A stretch of 41,413 bases of DNA from a virus (lineage: Duplodnaviria; Caudoviricetes). Numbering within the stretch: position 1 is the stretch's first letter; every line of letters starts with the position of its first letter. This document shows positions 17,018 through 26,828 of the stretch, in pieces. The stretch covers positions 1 through 41,413 of IMG/VR virus record IMGVR_UViG_3300048598_000565. One strand, 5' to 3'. The notes under the pieces were generated by a model. It made no database searches, had not been told where the DNA came from, and saw nothing but the letters and a program-made list of their open reading frames with translations. The position numbers were made by a program, and so were the translations under genes.

Positions 17018-17020
17018 TTG

Positions 17021-17494
17021 ATGGCCGATCGAGGGCGACCCTCAACTTTCACCCAGGAAATAGCCGACGCGATATGCGAGCGGATCGCGGATGGGGAAAG
17101 CCTACGCTCAATCTGCGGGGACGATGGATTTCCCACGAAATCGACCGTGTTCAAGTGGTTGAACGATTTTCCGGGCTTTTCGGACCAATACGCGCGCGCG
17201 AGGGAAGCTCAGGCTGACAGCCTGTTCGATGAAATCATCACGATCGCTGATACGCCGCTAATCGGTGAAAAGGTCAAGGTTCTTCCGGATGGCAAGGAAG
17301 AAACTACACGCGGCGACATGATCGAACATCGGCGCTTGCAGGTCGATGCTCGCAAATGGATGGCCGGGAAACTTAGGCCGAAGAAGTACGGCGAGAAGGT
17401 GACGCAGGAGCACACGGGCGATCCTGAAAAGCCGGTGCGCGTTATCCAGCGGATTGAACGTGTCATCTCAGACCCTGCAAATCCCGACAGCTAG
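17021..17494 (+). CDS. terS: Terminase small subunit
   Basis: GRPSTFTQEIADAICERIADGESLRSIC...RLQVDARKWMAGKLRPKKYG. Confidence 0.9.
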   Translation: MADRGRPSTFTQEIADAICERIADGESLRSICGDDGFPTKSTVFKWLNDFPGFSDQYARAREAQADSLFDEIITIADTPLIGEKVKVLPDGKEETTRGDMIEHRRLQVDARKWMAGKLRPKKYGEKVTQEHTGDPEKPVRVIQRIERVISDPANPDS

Positions 17495-18758
17495 GGTTTT
17501 CAAGCCACTTCTCAGCCCGGCTCGGTACAAGGGGGCATTCGGCGGTCGCGGCTCTGGCAAGTCGCATTTCTTCGCTGATTTGCTGATTGAGGACAGTCTC
17601 TACAATCGTGGGCTTCGTTCGGTTTGTATCCGAGAGGTGCAGAAAAGCCTGAAGGACTCGGCCAAGCGTCTGATCGAGGACAAGCTGCAGGAACACGATC
17701 TTGGCGAGGCGGAAGGCTTCAAGGTTTTTCGCGAGGTGATCGAGACGCCAGGCGATGGCGTGGTGATCTTCCAAGGCATGCAGGATCACACCGCAGAATC
17801 GATCAAGTCGCTGGAAGGGTTCAAGCGAGCTTGGGTCGAGGAAGCGCAGACGCTGAGCGTTCGTTCGCTTTCGTTGCTCAGGCCGACGATCCGGGCGGAA
17901 GATTCAGAGCTGTGGTTTTCATGGAACCCTCGTCGGAAAACCGATCCAGTTGATGCGATGTTGCGAGGTGATGCTTTGCCGACCGGTGCCGCTGTCGTTC
18001 AGGCAAACTGGTCGGATAATCCTTGGTTTCCTGCGGTGCTCAACCAAGAGCGTAAGGATTGCTTGCGCGATAACCCGGATCAATACGCGCACATTTGGGA
18101 GGGTGGGTATGCGACCGTGATAGACGGTGCATATTTCGCGAAGTGCTTGGCTGAGGCGCGAGAGAAGGGCCGGATCGGCAACGTCGCAGCCGATCCTCTG
18201 ATGGCATATCGGTCATTCTTCGATATTGGCGGAACGGGCGCTAAAGCGGATGCGGTGGCAATCTGGATCGCGCAGTTTGTCGGGCGTGAAATTCGTGTTC
18301 TGGATTTTTACGAGGCAGTCGGACAGCCTCTAGCAACCCATGTGAACTGGCTGCGGAGCAATGGTTACGGCAGCGCGCAGATTGTCCTGCCGCATGACGG
18401 GACGACGCACGACAGGGTTTACGACGTGTCTTACGAGAGCGCGCTGAGAGCCGCCGGCTTCGATGTCACGGTTATTCCGAACCAAGGTAAGGGCGCGGCC
18501 GCAATGCGTATCGAGGCGGCGCGGCGCCTGTTCCCGTCGATCTGGTTCAACAAGGACACAACCACGGGCGGGCTTGATGCGTTGGGCTGGTATCACGAGC
18601 GCAAGGACGAGGCCCGTAACATCGGCCTTGGTCCGGAGCACGACTGGTCGAGCCATGCGGCGGATGCGTTCGGCCTGATGTGTGTCGCGTATGAAGCTCC
18701 GGAGGAACGAAAGAAATTTGTAATGCCGCGTGTTGGCGGTGGCTGGATGGGTGCCTGA
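17454..18758 (+). CDS. terL: Terminase large subunit
   Basis: Walker A GGRGSGKS, Walker B AWVEEA, SWNP, nuclease motifs FFDIGG and SHAADA. Confidence 0.95.
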   Translation: MNVSSQTLQIPTARVFKPLLSPARYKGAFGGRGSGKSHFFADLLIEDSLYNRGLRSVCIREVQKSLKDSAKRLIEDKLQEHDLGEAEGFKVFREVIETPGDGVVIFQGMQDHTAESIKSLEGFKRAWVEEAQTLSVRSLSLLRPTIRAEDSELWFSWNPRRKTDPVDAMLRGDALPTGAAVVQANWSDNPWFPAVLNQERKDCLRDNPDQYAHIWEGGYATVIDGAYFAKCLAEAREKGRIGNVAADPLMAYRSFFDIGGTGAKADAVAIWIAQFVGREIRVLDFYEAVGQPLATHVNWLRSNGYGSAQIVLPHDGTTHDRVYDVSYESALRAAGFDVTVIPNQGKGAAAMRIEAARRLFPSIWFNKDTTTGGLDALGWYHERKDEARNIGLGPEHDWSSHAADAFGLMCVAYEAPEERKKFVMPRVGGGWMGA

Positions 18759-18761
18759 CGG

Positions 18762-20900
18762 ATGGCTACTGATGCCAAGGCCGACGACAAGGTTATTGAG
18801 CAGGCGCGCGAACGGTACGATCGCGGCTGGCAGCGCGAACGGCGGAACCAGGCCGAAGCCTATTACGACCTGAAGTTTCGCCGCGGCCATACGGAAGATC
18901 AGTGGGACCCGGAAGCGCTGAGGGTCCGCAAGGATCGACCGACGCTGACGATCAACGAGATTCCGGCCTTTATTCGTCAGGTGACCGGGGATCAGCGGCA
19001 GTCTCGCCCGGCCATCAAGGTCATTCCGGTTGACAACGGTGCCGACGTTGAGACCGCGAAGGTTCTGACCGATCTTTGCCGGTATATCGAAAATCGCTCA
19101 TACGCCCGGAGCGTCTACACGACAGCCGCTGACAGTCAGGTCGCTTGCGGTATCGGGCACTGGCAGGTCGGGACCGAATACGCCAGTTCATCGACGTTCA
19201 ATCAGGAAATCAGAATCTCGGGCATCGAGGATGGTGTTGCGGTTGTGTGGGACCCGGATTCGGTGCTGCCGACTCGTGAAGATGCGATGTGGTGCTTCGT
19301 CCCTGTCGACGTATCGCGTGCCGCCTTCAAGGAGCGCTGGCCCGATAAGTTGCCGACTGACTTTTCATTTACCGGAACCATGTCTGAATCGTTCAGCACA
19401 TGGAGCGGAGATGATTTTATCCGGGTTGCCCAGTATTGGGTGAAAGAACCGATCGAGCGCACGCTTGCATTGCGTGCTGACGGCTCCATCGATGATTTGA
19501 CCGATACGCTTGGTGAGATCGACTCGGAGCAACTCAAACTTGCCTTGGAGTGGTATGAAGCGAACGGTGCGCGGATCGAGAAAAGGGATAGCTTCAAGGT
19601 CTGCCGCTATCTGATCACGCAATCAGACGTTCTGGAACGAGCCGAATGGCCCGGAATGCACATTCCAATTGTGCCGGTTGTTGGCGAGGAGGTCAGGATA
19701 GGCCGTGAGGTCTATCGGCACGGTATTGTCAGATATGCGCGCGATCCCCAGCGGATGCTGAACTACTATGCGAGTGCAGACGCCGAGGTCGTGGCGTTGC
19801 AGCCGAAGGCCCCGTATATCGCGACGATCAAGCAGGTTCAAAACCACATGGACCTGTGGGGTTCGGCAAATACCGACAACCTTCCTGTCCTGATCTATGA
19901 TGCAGACCCGCAGGCGCCGGGTAAGCCTGAGCGCGTAGCGCCGCCGCAGGGAAGCGCGGCCATCCAGGCCGGCCGGCTGCAGGCCTATCAGGACATGAAA
20001 AGCGTGATTGGCATCTATGATGCCGGGCTTGGCGCGAGGTCAAATGAAACATCTGGTGTTGCGATTGCCGCTCGTGACCGACAGAGCGACACCGGAACAT
20101 TCGTCTATCACGACAACTTGGCGTTGGCCGTGCAGCGCACCGGGCAAATCATTGTCGATCTGATACCCCACATCTATGACACCGAGCGCGTCATTCGCAT
20201 TATGGGCGAGGACGGCAAGCTTAGCGCCATCGAGATCAACAAGCCCGTGATTGAGGGTGGCATTGAGAAAGTCATGAATGACCTGACGATCGGGTCGTAT
20301 GACGTTGTCGTCGAGATGGGCCCGAACTACGCCACGAAGCGTCAGGAAGCCCGTGACAGCATGAACGAGTTTATCCGGGCGTTTCCACCCGCTGCTGGCG
20401 TTATCGGTGACCTGATAGCAAAGGCGCAAGATTGGCCGAACGCGCAGGAAATCGGGGAGCGGCTGGAAGAAATCCTGCCGCCTCCGATCAAGGCCAAGCT
20501 GCAGCAGGAGCGGAGAGAGACTCAGCAGGCGTCCGGGCAGAGCCCGCAACCTGATCCGGAGCAGCAAGCTGTAGCTCAGCAGCAGGCGGAAGCCGCGCAG
20601 ATGCGGCAGGCCGAGATCGCGGCGACTATGGCCAAGCTTCAGGCCGAAGTTCAGGAAAGCCAAGCGAAGGCGCGAGCTGCCGAGGCCAATGCCGAAAGGG
20701 CGGAAACAGAGCTGCAGATCAAGCTGGCTGAGCTGCACGGAAAGCGTATGGGCTACGTCCATCAGGACGAGCGCCATCGTTTCGAGATTGCCAAGGAAAT
20801 TGACGACCACAACGCCGGCCATGTGCGCGAACAGCAGCGCCACGACGCCGCGCTTGAGAGGATGAATCGGCCGGTCGAGGAGCAGGCCGCGGTTCAATAG
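18762..20900 (+). CDS. P22-like portal protein
   Basis: 712 aa after terL; RPTLTINEI..FIRQVTG, IPIVPVVG, GIVRYARDPQRMLNY, NETSGVAI; long C-terminal coiled coil. Confidence 0.92.
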   Translation: MATDAKADDKVIEQARERYDRGWQRERRNQAEAYYDLKFRRGHTEDQWDPEALRVRKDRPTLTINEIPAFIRQVTGDQRQSRPAIKVIPVDNGADVETAKVLTDLCRYIENRSYARSVYTTAADSQVACGIGHWQVGTEYASSSTFNQEIRISGIEDGVAVVWDPDSVLPTREDAMWCFVPVDVSRAAFKERWPDKLPTDFSFTGTMSESFSTWSGDDFIRVAQYWVKEPIERTLALRADGSIDDLTDTLGEIDSEQLKLALEWYEANGARIEKRDSFKVCRYLITQSDVLERAEWPGMHIPIVPVVGEEVRIGREVYRHGIVRYARDPQRMLNYYASADAEVVALQPKAPYIATIKQVQNHMDLWGSANTDNLPVLIYDADPQAPGKPERVAPPQGSAAIQAGRLQAYQDMKSVIGIYDAGLGARSNETSGVAIAARDRQSDTGTFVYHDNLALAVQRTGQIIVDLIPHIYDTERVIRIMGEDGKLSAIEINKPVIEGGIEKVMNDLTIGSYDVVVEMGPNYATKRQEARDSMNEFIRAFPPAAGVIGDLIAKAQDWPNAQEIGERLEEILPPPIKAKLQQERRETQQASGQSPQPDPEQQAVAQQQAEAAQMRQAEIAATMAKLQAEVQESQAKARAAEANAERAETELQIKLAELHGKRMGYVHQDERHRFEIAKEIDDHNAGHVREQQRHDAALERMNRPVEEQAAVQ

Positions 20901-20945
20901 GACCATGTGATGGCCGGCGCCTGACGCGCCTGTCGCTGTGGGTGC

Positions 20946-20972
20946 AAGCCGTCCGAGAGGGCGGCTTTTTTC
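20946..20972 (+). terminator. Intrinsic terminator-like hairpin after the portal gene
   Basis: AAGCCGTCC-GAGA-GGGCGGCTT followed by a T run. Confidence 0.7.
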
Positions 20973-20983
20973 ATGGGTGAACA

Positions 20984-21817
20984 ATGAGCGACGAAACCAA
21001 CGAGCAGGCGAATGCGCCGGCTGAAGGTGAAGTGCAGACCAATGATGAGGCTCAGGCCGAACAGGCCAAGGGCCAAGAGGCTGAGCAGGACGAAACTGCT
21101 AAGCCTGAAGGCGACAGCGACGACGAGCAAGGCGGTGGTGACCAGGACCGGCCGAAACGGCTGTCCGGCGCCCAGCGTCTCAAGCGCCGGAACGAATTTC
21201 TCCTGAATGAGCTTGCTCAACGCGATCGCGAGCTTGAGGAATTTCGGCGGCAAACCTCACGGAATGCGGTCGAAGATCAGGAAAAGCCGCCGAAGGTTGA
21301 AGACTTTGGCGACGACCCTATCAAGTTCCTAGCGGCGCAGGCGGCTTATGAGGCTCGCCAGGCGATCAGGGATGAGTTCAAGCGGAAGGAAACCGCGGAA
21401 CAACACAGTAGGCGAGGCGAGCTGCAGCGCGAGAAGCAGATCGCCCATCTGGAGCGCGTTGAAGACGCGCGCAGCACGATTACTGACTTCGATGAGGTCA
21501 TGGCCGAGATGCGCGGCGTCAATGTCCGCGACGACGTGATTGACGAGATCATGTCCTCGGACAAGAGCGCTCTCATTGCATACCACCTCGCGAAGAATCC
21601 CGAAAAGCTGCGGGAATTGAACGCCATGAGCGGACGAGAGCTGGCCCGGGAAATCGGCCGGCTGGAAGGCTCTGTGCGTATGCCGGCAGCAAAGAAACAG
21701 ACCAACACTCCACCCCCTCTCTCCAAGGTGACAGGCGGTGCGGCGCAGTCGTTCGACGCCAAGGCGGCGTCGATGGACGACTACATCGCGAAGCGCCAGT
21801 CCGGATGGGAAGGCTAG
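20984..21817 (+). CDS. Scaffolding protein
   Basis: Acidic helical protein between portal and coat; IAYHLAKNPEK, SMDDYIAKR C-terminus. Confidence 0.8.
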   Translation: MSDETNEQANAPAEGEVQTNDEAQAEQAKGQEAEQDETAKPEGDSDDEQGGGDQDRPKRLSGAQRLKRRNEFLLNELAQRDRELEEFRRQTSRNAVEDQEKPPKVEDFGDDPIKFLAAQAAYEARQAIRDEFKRKETAEQHSRRGELQREKQIAHLERVEDARSTITDFDEVMAEMRGVNVRDDVIDEIMSSDKSALIAYHLAKNPEKLRELNAMSGRELAREIGRLEGSVRMPAAKKQTNTPPPLSKVTGGAAQSFDAKAASMDDYIAKRQSGWEG

Positions 21818-21902
21818 GAGCTTCCATCAATCAGGTTCGCCCGTCGTGACGACGCGCAGCCCAGCGCGGCCGCAGTGATGCGCCCGCCAGAAGGACATGA
21901 AC

Positions 21903-23159
21903 ATGGCTACCAATACCACTCTTACGGCTGACATCATCGCCAAAGAGGCGCTGATGCATCTCGACAACGAATTGGTGTTCGCGAAACGCGTATATCGCGG
22001 ATACGAGAACGAGTTCTCCAAGAAGGTGAACGGATACGAAGTTGGCGAAACGATCTCGATCCGGCGCCCGACCGATTTCACGGTTCGCACCAACGCGGTC
22101 ATGGCGACCCAGGACGTGACCGAAGGCAAGGTCGCTCTGACGGTCGACCAGCGTCGCGGCGTTGACTTCGAGTTCACCTCTCAGGACCTCACCCTGAAGA
22201 TCAGTGAGCTCGGAGAGCGGGTGATCAAGCCCGCCATGATCCAACTCGCCAACTCGGTTGATACCTACCTGTCGGGCCTGTACGCCAGCGTCCCGAATTG
22301 GGTCGGAACGTCGACCAAGAAAATCGGCTCGTATGCCGATTTTGCGAAGGCGCCGGAACGCATGGACGAGATGGCGGTTCCGCAGGACACCCGGTCAGCG
22401 GTGCTGTCGCCGGCCGATCACTGGGCGCTGCTCGGCTCTCAGACCGAGTTGTACATCCAGGACGCGGCCAAGGGTGCCTATCGCAAGGGCTCGTTGGGTG
22501 AAATCGGCGGCGTGAACACGTTCATGTCGCAGAACATCCTGACCCACACGGCCGGAACGCGCACCAACGCGGCTATCGACCAGGCGCTTACCAGCGCGAC
22601 GACCGCCTACACATCGGTCAAGGATACGATGAAGCAGACCATCCACATGGATGGCCTCGGCACCAACAAGACGATCAAGAAGGGCGACGTGTTCACCATT
22701 GCCGACGTTTACGCGGTCAATCCAGTGACCAAAGCGCCGCTGCCATTCCTGAAGCAGTTCGTGGTCACGGCCGACGCCAATTCGGACGCGGTGACAACTG
22801 GTGACGCCGATATCGAGGTGTACCCGGCACTGATCTGGTCGGGGGCGTTCCAGAACGTCGCGGTTACGGCCGGCGTTACCGACCTGAATGACAAGACCGT
22901 AACGTGGCAGTCGGCGGCCGGCGCTCAGGATCGCCAGAACCTGGTGTTCCACAAGAACGCCTTTGCGCTGGTGATGGTGCCGTTGGTGTCGCCGCCCGGT
23001 GCCGTCGACGTGGGCCGCCAGTCTTACAAGGGCACGTCGGTTCGCGTCATCCCGGTCTATGACGGTACCAACGACGTGTCGAAGTGGCGTCTCGACATCC
23101 TGTTCGGCGGCAAAGCCATCGATCCGCGGCTCGCAACCCGCGTGAATGGCTCGGCATGA
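21903..23159 (+). CDS. P22-like major capsid protein
   Basis: GETISIRRP, VIKPAMIQLANSVD, NLVFHKNAFAL, WRLDILFG. Confidence 0.92.
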   Translation: MATNTTLTADIIAKEALMHLDNELVFAKRVYRGYENEFSKKVNGYEVGETISIRRPTDFTVRTNAVMATQDVTEGKVALTVDQRRGVDFEFTSQDLTLKISELGERVIKPAMIQLANSVDTYLSGLYASVPNWVGTSTKKIGSYADFAKAPERMDEMAVPQDTRSAVLSPADHWALLGSQTELYIQDAAKGAYRKGSLGEIGGVNTFMSQNILTHTAGTRTNAAIDQALTSATTAYTSVKDTMKQTIHMDGLGTNKTIKKGDVFTIADVYAVNPVTKAPLPFLKQFVVTADANSDAVTTGDADIEVYPALIWSGAFQNVAVTAGVTDLNDKTVTWQSAAGAQDRQNLVFHKNAFALVMVPLVSPPGAVDVGRQSYKGTSVRVIPVYDGTNDVSKWRLDILFGGKAIDPRLATRVNGSA

Positions 23160-23554
23160 CGACCAAGACCCGGCGAGAGCTTGTTTATCAGGCTCTCGTC
23201 AATCTCGGCATTCTGGCTATCGGTCAGTCGGCGTCTGACGAGGACGTGTCGAAAATGGACGCCCTCGTCGACCCTGTTTGCGAGAAACTGACCGGTCTTG
23301 GCATCTACTACGTCCAAGATCAGGGCTCGATCGGCCCTAAGGGAGGGGATATCGATTCAGCCGCGTTCCTTCCGATCGCGGATTATCTCGCTAATGCCGC
23401 CGCTGCTGCTTTCAACCTAGCCGCAGATACCAAGCTCGCGGTTCTTGCTCAAATCGCTGAGCAGGATCTGCGGACGATCTCCCGACAGCCACAGGTGAGG
23501 CGAACCCTGCGGATTGATGGCGGGATTCCGACCGGGCGACGTGGTCGATGGTAA
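23156..23554 (+). CDS. Head-tail adaptor (P22 gp4-like position)
   Basis: Directly after coat; ELVYQALVNLGILAIGQ N-terminus. Confidence 0.6.
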   Translation: MTTKTRRELVYQALVNLGILAIGQSASDEDVSKMDALVDPVCEKLTGLGIYYVQDQGSIGPKGGDIDSAAFLPIADYLANAAAAAFNLAADTKLAVLAQIAEQDLRTISRQPQVRRTLRIDGGIPTGRRGRW

Positions 23555-24972
23555 AACGATCCATCCCGTTTCCGACATCGACAGCGCCGGGCGCGAAGCC
23601 GCAAGAATCCGGCGGTGTGCTTGAGAACGGATACCCTGAGGCGCTAGGCGATCAGGCGCCGAACAAGTCGGTTATTCGTCGCGTCCCAGGCCTGCGCAAT
23701 TTTGGCACGACCGACTACACAGGATATCGCGGGTCGATTCTGGTCAACGATGTGTTGTATGTGGCCTTTGATGGACGGCTCGTAAAGCTGTCCGGCTCCG
23801 GTGGCGCGGCAACCGATATCGGTGGCCTATTCGGAACGAAGCGCGGCTTCATGGCCGCGAACAACGCCACGACGCCCGATAAGGTTTTTGTAGACCCGGA
23901 TGGCAACATCGCCACCTTTACGCCAACGTCGGTGACGAACGGGTATCCCGATCCAGACCTACCGTCCGTGAATTCGGTCGATCAGCTTGACGGATACCTG
24001 ATCTTCACCACGGCTGACGGCCGCGCGTTCGCGACGGACCTTAATTCGACGGCCGTCAACTCGCTTTCATTCGGCAAAGCAGAGGCAAAGCCGGATGGGC
24101 TTCTGCGTGGCGTCGCCTGGGGTGGCCGTATGCTGCTCTTCGGCGGCACCACAACAGAGATATGGACGGATGCCGGGACGACACCGTTCCCGCTGGCACG
24201 GAACACCGTTATTCCGATCGGGTTGGCGGGTCCGTATTGCGTCTCCGGTCACGAGGATGGATTCGGCCGGCCACCGATCTTTGTCGGCAACGACAATACC
24301 GTCCGTCAGCTCAACGGATACGAGCCCGAGAAGATTTCGCCTCCCGATCTTGACGGCCTGATCGAAAAGGTTGCTGACAAAACGTTGCTGGAGGCAACGT
24401 CATATATCGCTCGTGGTCACGCATTCTGGCAATTGTCGAGCCCTGATTGGACGTGGGTCTACGACCTGAACAATCAGACGTGGCATCAGCGTAAGAGCTA
24501 CTTGCAAAAGCGATCTCGCGTTGCCGGCGCGATCTATGCATACAGCAAGTGGTTGACCGGCGACGCTCTCAGCGGCGATATCCAAGAGATCACGTCGAGC
24601 GCGCATGACGAGGTCGGGCAACCGCTCCGACTTCGCATCGAAAGCGGGCCGGTGATGAACTTCCCGAGCGGGGAAACGGTCGGTCGCGCCGATTTCTACT
24701 TCACGACAGGTGTAGGAGAGGCGCTCGGCCCTGATCCCTATGCCACGGACCCGGATGTCGGAATCTCGTGGTCGGATGACGGCGGCCAGACATGGAGCAA
24801 TCCTGTTCTGCGAAAGCTCGGCAGGCAATCCGAGGCGCAAGCGTTGGTATCGCTGGTTGCGTGCACGGGCCGAACCTCGTGGCAGGGTCGAAAGTGGCGG
24901 CTTGATATTTCTGCCCCCGTCTATGCCGGGTTCATGTTTGCGACGCAAAGCACTGACCCGAGGGCGATATGA
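23548..24972 (+). CDS. DNA stabilisation / tail hub protein (P22 gp10-like)
   Basis: 474 aa; AEAKPDG, TWVYDL....WHQR, ISWSDDGGQTWSN motifs. Confidence 0.85.
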   Translation: MVKRSIPFPTSTAPGAKPQESGGVLENGYPEALGDQAPNKSVIRRVPGLRNFGTTDYTGYRGSILVNDVLYVAFDGRLVKLSGSGGAATDIGGLFGTKRGFMAANNATTPDKVFVDPDGNIATFTPTSVTNGYPDPDLPSVNSVDQLDGYLIFTTADGRAFATDLNSTAVNSLSFGKAEAKPDGLLRGVAWGGRMLLFGGTTTEIWTDAGTTPFPLARNTVIPIGLAGPYCVSGHEDGFGRPPIFVGNDNTVRQLNGYEPEKISPPDLDGLIEKVADKTLLEATSYIARGHAFWQLSSPDWTWVYDLNNQTWHQRKSYLQKRSRVAGAIYAYSKWLTGDALSGDIQEITSSAHDEVGQPLRLRIESGPVMNFPSGETVGRADFYFTTGVGEALGPDPYATDPDVGISWSDDGGQTWSNPVLRKLGRQSEAQALVSLVACTGRTSWQGRKWRLDISAPVYAGFMFATQSTDPRAI

Positions 24973-25163
24973 AACGTCTCATTCCGCCGATCGATGTTCC
25001 TCCAATCGATTTGAGAACGGGTCGATGGACGGCCGATTGGTACGACTACATCAAGGGACTGAAGTTGACCGACCTTGCCGATGTGTCGCCCGTGGCGCCT
25101 GCCGATGGCCAGGTCATGATCTGGAACGCAGCGCAAAATCGCTGGGTGCCCGGCTCCAACTGA
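24969..25163 (+). CDS. Small virion protein (gp26-like position)
   Basis: PIDLRTGRWTADWYDY; LTDLADV..PADGQVMIWN tail-associated motif. Confidence 0.55.
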   Translation: MKRLIPPIDVPPIDLRTGRWTADWYDYIKGLKLTDLADVSPVAPADGQVMIWNAAQNRWVPGSN

Positions 25164-25175
25164 TAGGCATCTCGA

Positions 25176-25856
25176 ATGGGCATTTTCGACATCTTTTCGA
25201 CTAAGCCGGCCGAGGACGCCGCGGCGGCAAAGATCGCCGGCCTCCGTGCCGGACAGTCGGCCGCCACGTCGGCGCTGGATACGGGCCTGACGAATGCAAA
25301 TGCGCTCTATGACAGGGCGCTTAGCCCATTCACTACGCTCTCCAGCAAGTTTGGGGCGGGACAGGATGCCTACAACGACGCGACCGGCGTCAATGGGGAT
25401 GAAGGTCTTGCGAGGGCGCGTCAGGTCTTTACTTCGCTGCCTGGATATCAAGAGGGCATCAATATGGCGGTCAACCTCAACGACCGTCAGGCCGCGTCGC
25501 GCGGCATGCTGGCCAGCGGGAATACGATTGCCGACACGACCAAGCTTGCCACGGACTACGCCAGCCAGAAGTATGGCGATTATCTCACGGCGCTTGCGCC
25601 AAATCTTGGCGGGGCAACGAGTGCAGCGACCGGACAGGCCGGCGTGCTTACCGGTCAGGCCGCAAATGAAAGCGGCGTGGCGTCGCAGAAGGCCGGATAC
25701 GGCTGGAACGCCGAAACCGGCGTCGGCAACGCAAATGCGGATGCCGAGCTTGCAAAATATAGCGCGTCGTCGAATTTCTGGAATGCGCTCATGGGCGGTG
25801 CGAACCTCGCCCTGAAAGCGTCCGGTATCGGCGGCTTTGCTCCGGGCGGGAAGTGA
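25176..25856 (+). CDS. DNA ejection protein (gp7-like)
   Basis: Ala/Gly-rich; LPGYQ...AASRGMLASGNT motif. Confidence 0.75.
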   Translation: MGIFDIFSTKPAEDAAAAKIAGLRAGQSAATSALDTGLTNANALYDRALSPFTTLSSKFGAGQDAYNDATGVNGDEGLARARQVFTSLPGYQEGINMAVNLNDRQAASRGMLASGNTIADTTKLATDYASQKYGDYLTALAPNLGGATSAATGQAGVLTGQAANESGVASQKAGYGWNAETGVGNANADAELAKYSASSNFWNALMGGANLALKASGIGGFAPGGK

Positions 25857-25859
25857 GAC

Positions 25860-26828
25860 ATGGCAAACGGCATCATCACGGGCCCGCCGCAGGTCGACTT
25901 CTACAAGATGCTCGGCGGCTTGGGCGACACGCTGCAGGCCAATCAGAAGCTGCAACGACAGCAGCAGGCGATTGATGGCATTGTTGGCCCTGATGGGAAG
26001 GTTGATTTCTCGAAAGCTATTCTTGGGCAGTTAAAGGCAGGAGAAATCAACGGTGCCGTCGCCCTCGCAAATCTGGCGAGAGCGAACTCGCAAGACGATT
26101 GGAATCGTACTTATCAAGGTGGAATGCTCGACTTAGCCCGCTCAAGGGAGAAGCGAGAGGCGAGCGACGAGCCGGCACCGGTAAAAACTGTTCGCGCGGC
26201 CGGAATCGATCCGACATCGCCTGAAGGTCGGAAGGCGTTGTTTCCGAAGACGGACACGCCAATTTCAGCGACCGACAAGAAAGCAATTTTTGAGGCAGAA
26301 GACGCAAATCTTCCCGTACAGTCGACGATTGACACGTTGAACCGCGCGGCAGAATTGGCCCCTAAAGCATTCTCCGGTTACACAGCGGGCACGCTTGGCA
26401 CAGTCGGGACAAACCTTCCGGCGTCTCTTGTTTCGAAACTGGGAATCGATCCAGAGCGGGCCAAAGCGACAGTTGAGCTCAACCAGCTTCTCAGCAGTGA
26501 AGCAATCAAGAACATGGCGCAGACTTTGAAGGGAGCGACGACAGATACTGAAATGGCGCGGTTCACAACGATCTTGGCTGACCCGAACGCCCCTCCTGAA
26601 CTTAAGCTGCGCACAATAGATCGGATGAAGACGCTCGCACAGCGGCAGTTTGAGTTGAACAATGCAAGGATTAAGGACCTAAGGGGCGGGACGTACTTCA
26701 AAGAAAAGCCAGAACAAGCTGTAGCAACGCAGGCATCATCGTCGGCATTTCGAGACGGGCAGCGTGCAACCAATGCAGCGGGTGAAGTGATCGAGTTCAG
26801 AAACGGACAGTGGGTTCCACTGAAATGA
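25860..26828 (+). CDS. DNA ejection protein (gp20-like position)
   Basis: Second of three helical genes after the tail hub; LKGATTDTE motif. Confidence 0.65.
   Translation: MANGIITGPPQVDFYKMLGGLGDTLQANQKLQRQQQAIDGIVGPDGKVDFSKAILGQLKAGEINGAVALANLARANSQDDWNRTYQGGMLDLARSREKREASDEPAPVKTVRAAGIDPTSPEGRKALFPKTDTPISATDKKAIFEAEDANLPVQSTIDTLNRAAELAPKAFSGYTAGTLGTVGTNLPASLVSKLGIDPERAKATVELNQLLSSEAIKNMAQTLKGATTDTEMARFTTILADPNAPPELKLRTIDRMKTLAQRQFELNNARIKDLRGGTYFKEKPEQAVATQASSSAFRDGQRATNAAGEVIEFRNGQWVPLK

Noticed and set aside
20040-25955. Long antisense ORFs opposite structural genes (e.g. 20040-20984, 22395-22952, 24921-25955)
   Set aside because: Expected antisense shadows in GC-rich coding DNA; no motifs, and fully overlapping well-supported genes.
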